64,000 bases of DNA from an uncultured Chloroflexia bacterium (lineage in GTDB: Bacteria; Chloroflexota; Limnocylindria; QHBO01): contig CAWFCQ010000006.1 in assembly GCA_963814375.1 (NCBI GenBank), forward strand, positions 64,001-128,000, written 5' to 3'. The position numbers and the translations under genes were made by a program. Positions 58,897 through 64,000 of this stretch are shown piece by piece (the first letter of the stretch is position 1; each line of letters begins with the position of its first letter). The notes below the pieces were generated by a model, which was not told where the DNA came from, ran no database searches, and saw only the letters and a program-made list of their open reading frames with translations.

Positions 58897-59601
58897 TCAG
58901 TTGGCCTCAGCCGGCACGACCCGGTGATAGAGCCCGAGATTGAGGCGCAGGTAGTCCCGATGGGGTCCCATCAGGTAGGCGCGGCCGCGATCGCCGTAGA
59001 GGCGGGGCAGCAGCTCATGCGCGAGTTCAGCATCCGTGAGATCGACCCTGGCGTGGACGACCTTGATCTTGAACCGGTTGCGCAGCCACCAGCCGGTGCG
59101 CCTGTGTGTCGCCTCGATCGACTGCGCCACCACCTCCGGTTCGAGCAGCGCCGCGACGTCGTCCCTGCCGTAATAGCCGATGGCGATGAGGCGTCCTCCA
59201 GGCCGAAGCACGCGGAGCGCCTCATCCACCGCCGGCAGCGAGTCGTCATCGGGTCCGATCGCGCTCGTGAGCACGATATCGACCACGGCGTCGCGCAGCG
59301 GGAGATGAGTCGGCCCGCCCTCGACGATGCGGATGTTGGGTTGGTGGGCCTCCCCCGCCAGCCGCCTCGCCTCGGCGAGCAGCGCCGGATCGGACTCGAT
59401 GCCGTACATCCGGCCGGTGCGTCGGGCGAGGAGCATCGGATAGTGGCCGATCCCGGTGCCGACGTCCGCGATCCGCTTTCCGCTCAGCGGGACGATCCGC
59501 TCGAGAGCCTGGAGCACCTTGCGATCGGGGTCGATGGCCGCGGAGAGGCGAGCGTGGAGATCCGGATCGGCCTCGGTCCAGGCGGGCAGGATGGCCGGCA
59601 T
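58897..59601 (-). CDS. Class I SAM-dependent methyltransferase
   Basis: IADVGTGIG, LPL.D..VDIV, LRVLRPGG; TGATG overlap. Confidence 0.85.
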   Translation of the reverse strand: MPAILPAWTEADPDLHARLSAAIDPDRKVLQALERIVPLSGKRIADVGTGIGHYPMLLARRTGRMYGIESDPALLAEARRLAGEAHQPNIRIVEGGPTHLPLRDAVVDIVLTSAIGPDDDSLPAVDEALRVLRPGGRLIAIGYYGRDDVAALLEPEVVAQSIEATHRRTGWWLRNRFKIKVVHARVDLTDAELAHELLPRLYGDRGRAYLMGPHRDYLRLNLGLYHRVVPAEAN

Positions 59602-60239
59602 CAGGGAAGCTCCACGCGCAGCTCCGCCGGCGTGCCGTCCGGCAGCTGGAGAATTGCGTTGCCAGCGAGCACCTGGAGGTCGAAGCCGGCCGGCCCGTCC
59701 TGGCGGCGCGTGACGCTGATCGGCATCGCCAGCGTCGCCCCGGGGAGCAGCGGCCCGTAGCCGAGCGACACGGTGCCCGCCGGCTCCCCTCGCTCGCCCG
59801 GGCCGAAGACCCATTTGGTCCACGCCTGCACGAGGGGCGGCCCGCCTTCGCGGATGCGCTCCTCGGACGGCACGAACGGGGCGAGGAAGAACGAGTCGCC
59901 CAGCTCGGCGGGCCAGCGGAGGACGAGCTCATCGATCCGTGCGTCCGCCTGGCTGGTCACGGTGACGAGCAGCTCGCCGCTTCCCCCCGCAGCGACATCC
60001 GTCTCCACCGTGACCGCCACGACCCGGGCGTCCGACTCCGCGGGAAGCTCGAGGGCGAGGGACGGCTCCGGCGATGGGGTCGGCGCAAGGGTGATCGTGG
60101 CCGTCGCGCTCGGCGAGGGAAGTCTGGTGGGCGCCGCGGTCGGGCTGCGGGGAGTCGCCGGTGTCGGCGTGGGGGATGGGCCGCAGGCCGCGAGCGCGAA
60201 CGCTGCGACGATCATGGCCCGAGCCGCGCCGGCCCTCAT
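59601..60239 (-). CDS. Hypothetical lipoprotein
   Basis: LAAC lipobox, Pro/Thr linker, beta-rich domain; ATGA overlap. Confidence 0.75.
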   Translation of the reverse strand: MRAGAARAMIVAAFALAACGPSPTPTPATPRSPTAAPTRLPSPSATATITLAPTPSPEPSLALELPAESDARVVAVTVETDVAAGGSGELLVTVTSQADARIDELVLRWPAELGDSFFLAPFVPSEERIREGGPPLVQAWTKWVFGPGERGEPAGTVSLGYGPLLPGATLAMPISVTRRQDGPAGFDLQVLAGNAILQLPDGTPAELRVELP

Positions 60240-60931
60240 GCCTCGCTCGGGCCCAGCTCGGGGAGGCGATTGCGGATCGCGTAGGCGGCGGCCTGGGAGC
60301 GGCTCTCGAGCTCGAGCTTGGCGAGGATGCTCGAGACGTAGTTGCGTACCGTCTTCTCCGCCAGGCCCATCCGCTCGGCGATGGCGCGGTTCGAGGCACC
60401 CTGGGCCAGGTGCGACAGCACCCGCCGTTCCTGCTCGGTCAGGTCGGCGAAAGCGCCTGACTCCTCGAGACGCGACGCGTTCCGGATCCGGTCAAGGACG
60501 CGACGAGCGACCGCCGGGTCGAGCAGCGAGCCGCCCGATGCGACGGTCCTGACCGCCTCCACCAGCTCGCCGGAGCCGATCCGCTTCAGGACATAGCCGG
60601 ACGCCCCGGCGTCGATCGCGTCGAAGAGCGCGTCGGAGTCGGCGTGGCTGGTGAGCATGATCACGTGGGCGTCGGGCAGCTCCGCGGTGATGGTCCGACA
60701 GGCGTCGATGCCGCTGCCATTCGGCATGCGGATGTCCAGCACGACGACGTCCGGCCGATGCGTCCTGGCCTGGCGCACCGCCTCCTCCCCGGAGCCTGCC
60801 TGCGCGACCACCTCGAAGCCCGACTGCGCGTCGAGCAGGGCGGCGAGGCCGATGCGGACCACCTCGTGGTCATCGGCTATCAGGATCCGGATGGCCGCAG
60901 CGGGGGCGGCCGCAATGGGGGGCTCGGTCAT
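60236..60931 (-). CDS. NarL/LuxR family response regulator
   Basis: IADDHEVVR, DVVVLDIRMP, LTEQE, SNRAIA, KTVRNYVS. Confidence 0.94.
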   Translation of the reverse strand: MTEPPIAAAPAAAIRILIADDHEVVRIGLAALLDAQSGFEVVAQAGSGEEAVRQARTHRPDVVVLDIRMPNGSGIDACRTITAELPDAHVIMLTSHADSDALFDAIDAGASGYVLKRIGSGELVEAVRTVASGGSLLDPAVARRVLDRIRNASRLEESGAFADLTEQERRVLSHLAQGASNRAIAERMGLAEKTVRNYVSSILAKLELESRSQAAAYAIRNRLPELGPSEA

Positions 60932-62454
60932 GTGGGTCGGCGCACGGTGGCCACCGGCATCGTAAGGGAGAGCCGCGTGCCGCGTCCCGGCGCGCTCTCG
61001 AGCTCCACCGTTCCCTCCAGCAGCTCCGCGCGACGACGGATGTTGTCGAGCCCCTGCGCCCGCCCGCGCCTGCCGCGGTCCTGAACGGCGGACGGATCGA
61101 AGCCGACGCCGTCGTCGCGGATCTCCAGGGTGAATCGCCGCTGCGTGCACGCCATTCGCACCGCCACCGTCGTGGCGTGCGCATGACGCAGCACGTTGCT
61201 GAACGCCTCGGTCACGACGTGGTGGAGCTGGTCGGCCTGGTCCGGCGCGAGGCGCGGGCGGAAGAGACCCTCGGACTCGACCCGGAGCTCGACGAGCGTG
61301 TGCGCCTGGAGCTCGTCGGCCACCGCGAGCACGATCGCCTCCGCGTCGCGAGCCTCGAGCTCGCCGGAACGGAGGTCGAAGATCGTGCTGCGGATGTCAC
61401 CGGTGATCCGATTCAGCTCCGTCATCACCGTTCCGATCCGCTCCCGGGTCGGACTGGCCGACGGGCCGATCTCGGCCGATGCCTGCTCGAGATGGAGGCC
61501 GGCCGCGTAGATCGACTGGATGATCCCGTCGTGAAGGTCGCGACCGATCCGCTCGCGCTCGCGCAGGAGGAGCTCGCGGCGCCGGGCATCGGCGAGCGCG
61601 CGATCGGTCTCCTCGTCGAACAGCTCGAGGCTGCGGATGACCGCGAGCGCGATGGCGAGTCCGGTGATGGAGCGAAACACCTCGATCGGCACGCCGAAGG
61701 TATCGAGGAAGGTCTGCTCGTTCAGTACCGACGCGAGCGGGAACGGAGCCGGCATCGGGACCAGGCCAGCGAGCAGCGCGTAGACGGCGAAGGCCATCGA
61801 CGCCGCCGCCAGCGCGGTCCGAACGCCGGGCCCGGCCATCGGCGCCAGGAGGCCGGTCGTGCGACGCAGGGCGAACGCGACGAGAAGCGCGGCGGGGAGC
61901 GCGATCATCGCGCGGGCGAGCACGTCGCCGACGGCCAGGGGCGCGCCGACGCCCGCGAGCGCCGGGCCGATCTCCGGCGATGGCAGCCACGAGCCCGGGT
62001 CCGGGACGAATCCGGCGGCGACGGTCGAGGATAGCGCGAGCGTTCCGACCAGCCACAGCGCGACCACCGCCGATGGCACGAGGCGCAGCCACGGCTGGCC
62101 GCCGATCATCGGCAGGGGCCGATCGGCCGGACGGGTGCTGAGGATGAGCTCGACCCCGAACTGGAAGAGGAAGGCGAAGCTGATCGGCTTCATGAGCAGC
62201 TGCACGACCAGCAGCAGCTCGATCACCGGTTGGGGCAGGAATCCGGCCTGGATCGGGACGAACAGGTAGCCCCACTCCATCAGGCCGTGGACGATGCCGA
62301 ACCCGGCGAGCCAGACCAGCGGGCGGGCCAGCGGAAGCTGTGATCCGTGGCGACGCTGGAGCGCGACCGCCAGCCCCATCACGAAGAAGACCTGCCCGGC
62401 GACGAACAGGACGATGATGCGGTTGGTCTCGAACAGCTCGGCGAGCCAGCTCAC
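60928..62454 (-). CDS. HisKA_3 sensor histidine kinase with polytopic membrane sensor
   Basis: About 7 TM helices with FGIVHGLMEW; ERERIGRDLHDG, EAFSNVLRHA, DDGVGF. Confidence 0.92.
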   Translation of the reverse strand: MSWLAELFETNRIIVLFVAGQVFFVMGLAVALQRRHGSQLPLARPLVWLAGFGIVHGLMEWGYLFVPIQAGFLPQPVIELLLVVQLLMKPISFAFLFQFGVELILSTRPADRPLPMIGGQPWLRLVPSAVVALWLVGTLALSSTVAAGFVPDPGSWLPSPEIGPALAGVGAPLAVGDVLARAMIALPAALLVAFALRRTTGLLAPMAGPGVRTALAAASMAFAVYALLAGLVPMPAPFPLASVLNEQTFLDTFGVPIEVFRSITGLAIALAVIRSLELFDEETDRALADARRRELLLRERERIGRDLHDGIIQSIYAAGLHLEQASAEIGPSASPTRERIGTVMTELNRITGDIRSTIFDLRSGELEARDAEAIVLAVADELQAHTLVELRVESEGLFRPRLAPDQADQLHHVVTEAFSNVLRHAHATTVAVRMACTQRRFTLEIRDDGVGFDPSAVQDRGRRGRAQGLDNIRRRAELLEGTVELESAPGRGTRLSLTMPVATVRRPT

Positions 62455-62484
62455 GGGCGCCGATGGTAGCGAGCGGGTGAGTCG

Positions 62485-63333
62485 TCAGCCCTTGATGCCG
62501 CCCGTCGAGAGGCCGCTGATCAGGTAGCGCTGGGCGAGGTAGAAGAAGATCACGACCGGAATGGTGACGACCACGGAGAGGGCCATCGTCCCGCCCCAGT
62601 TCTGCGTGAACTGGTTGATGAAGAGGCGCACGCCGATCGGCAGGGTGAACGCCTCCGGCCGGGTGAGGAACACGAGCGCGTAGAGGAACTCGTTCCACGC
62701 GGTGATGAAGGCATAGAAGGCGGTCACCGCGATGCCCGGGGTCGAGAGCGGGATGACGATCCGCCAGAACGCTCCGAACGGCCCGAGCCCGTCGATCTTG
62801 GCCGCCTCCTCGAGCTCGATCGGCAGCGTATCGAAGTAGCTCTTCAGCATGAGGACGCAGAACGGGATGGCGGTCGTGGCGTAGGCCAGGACGAGCGCCC
62901 ACGGCGTGTTGAGCAGGCCGAGGCGAATCGCCAGGAGCTGGAACAGCGGGACGAGCAGGATGACGGCGGGGAACATCTGGCTGGTCAGGAAGAAGCTCGT
63001 CGCGCCGCGCTTGCCGAAGAACCGATAGCGACTGAGCGCATAGGCGGCGGTCGACGCGAGGAACACGGACAGCACGGTCGTGAGCACGCTGATCAGCAGC
63101 GAGTTCCCGAACCAGTTCCAGAAGAAGCCGCCGGTCGCCGTGGTCGGGTCGAACAGGTTCTGGTAGTTCTCGAGCGTCGGGTCGCGCGGGATCAGCTCGA
63201 TCTCGGTGGAGAGGACGTCGAACTGGTTCTTGAACGAGGTCGAAACGATCCACAGGACCGGGAAGAGGGCGATCGCGCAGGCGATGATCAGGACGACGTG
63301 CGTCGCGATGCGCTCCCAGAGTGGCTGCTTCAT
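62485..63333 (-). CDS. Carbohydrate ABC transporter permease (MalG-like)
   Basis: EEAAKIDG EAA loop, AWNEFL. Confidence 0.93.
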   Translation of the reverse strand: MKQPLWERIATHVVLIIACAIALFPVLWIVSTSFKNQFDVLSTEIELIPRDPTLENYQNLFDPTTATGGFFWNWFGNSLLISVLTTVLSVFLASTAAYALSRYRFFGKRGATSFFLTSQMFPAVILLVPLFQLLAIRLGLLNTPWALVLAYATTAIPFCVLMLKSYFDTLPIELEEAAKIDGLGPFGAFWRIVIPLSTPGIAVTAFYAFITAWNEFLYALVFLTRPEAFTLPIGVRLFINQFTQNWGGTMALSVVVTIPVVIFFYLAQRYLISGLSTGGIKG

Positions 63334-64000
63334 CGGGACACGTCCTCAGTGCGGAACACTCGCTGGTAGGCCGTCACGAACAGGAGCAGGATCGACAGGA
63401 TGATCACCGAGTAGGTCGAGGCCAGGGCGAACTCGCCGGCCTGGAACAGGTTGTAGGACTCGGTGACGAGGATGTCGGTCTTGCCGGCCGGGCCGCCGCC
63501 GGTGGTCAGGAAGATGACGACGAACAGGTTGAAGGTCCAGATGATGCCGAGCATCGTGACGGCGACCGAGACTGACTTGAGCTGAGGAATCGTGACGTTC
63601 CAGAAGCTCTGTCGCCGGCTCGCGCCGTCAACCCGGGCAGCTTCGTAGAGATCCTGCGGAATGGACTGCATCCCGCCGAGCAGCGCGATCATCATGAACG
63701 GCACCCCGAGCCAGACGTTGACGATGATCGGGGCGATGTACGCGTACGGGAGCTCGAGAGCCAGTTCGGGCCGTCGATCCCGAAATTCTCGAGGAACAGG
63801 TTCAGGAAGCCGTAGTCCCCGTTGAAGATGTAGCGCCACGCGACGGCGCTGACGAATGCGGGCACCGCCCACGGAAGCATGAGGACGAGGCGGTAGGCGG
63901 TGCGCCCCCGGAAGCGCTGGTTGAGCAGCAGCGCAAGCCCAAGGCCGATCGTGAAGTGGAAGACGACGTTGACGACGGTCCAGACGATCGTCCAGGTGAG
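63330..64000 (-). CDS. Carbohydrate ABC transporter permease (MalF-like), 5' partial, frameshift near 63758
   Basis: LPWAVP, NVWLGVPFMM, YEAARVDGA, TGGGP. Confidence 0.88.
   Translation of the reverse strand, partial: HLDDRLDRRQRRLPLHDRPWACAAAQPALPGAHRLPPRPHASVGGARIRQRRRVALHLQRGLRLPEPVPREFRDRRPELALELPYAYIAPIIVNVWLGVPFMMIALLGGMQSIPQDLYEAARVDGASRRQSFWNVTIPQLKSVSVAVTMLGIIWTFNLFVVIFLTTGGGPAGKTDILVTESYNLFQAGEFALASTYSVIILSILLLFVTAYQRVFRTEDVSR

Noticed and set aside
1-64000. Hundreds of long overlapping Arg/Pro/Ala-rich ORFs; CRISPR, rRNA and IS elements
   Set aside because: Alternate-frame ORFs are expected at this GC content and lack motifs; no spaced repeat arrays, rRNA signatures or transposases were seen

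Overview
High-GC, densely coding bacterial core-chromosome segment with about 65 genes. The protein style suggests Chloroflexota or Actinomycetota, which is an inference. I found no rRNA, tRNA, CRISPR array, IS element or integrase. Content: MoxR-DUF58-DUF4129; an acetylpolyamine amidohydrolase-like HDAC; an SDR/SRPBCC/FAD-oxidoreductase/DUF1365/cfa (furan-fatty-acid-like) cluster; hppD; deoD; a group I ECF transporter with a nucleoside hydrolase; a leucine catabolism (liu-like) cluster; thyX; pduO; three aldehyde dehydrogenases and a class III aminotransferase; fumC; a secreted C39-like peptidase with a lipoprotein; tandem polysaccharide deacetylases; pyrD; a two-component operon; sugar ABC permeases. 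At least 8 genes carry single-base frameshifts, most likely long-read indel errors. Best leads: (1) a CarH/LitR-type 11-bp TnnACA operator on a TTGACA promoter that points antisense through an SDR toward the ufa/cfa-like genes, a possible non-contiguous operon; (2) a methylcrotonyl-CoA carboxylase alpha subunit fused to an excisionase/BldC-like HTH, with 9-bp repeats over its own promoter; (3) a C39-like peptidase/lipoprotein pair behind an RBS-sequestering four-way-junction leader; (4) NrdR-like and DnaA boxes at thyX; (5) an enlarged ECF S-component; (6) pervasive leaderless gene starts. All family calls are from motif recognition by eye; no database searches were run.
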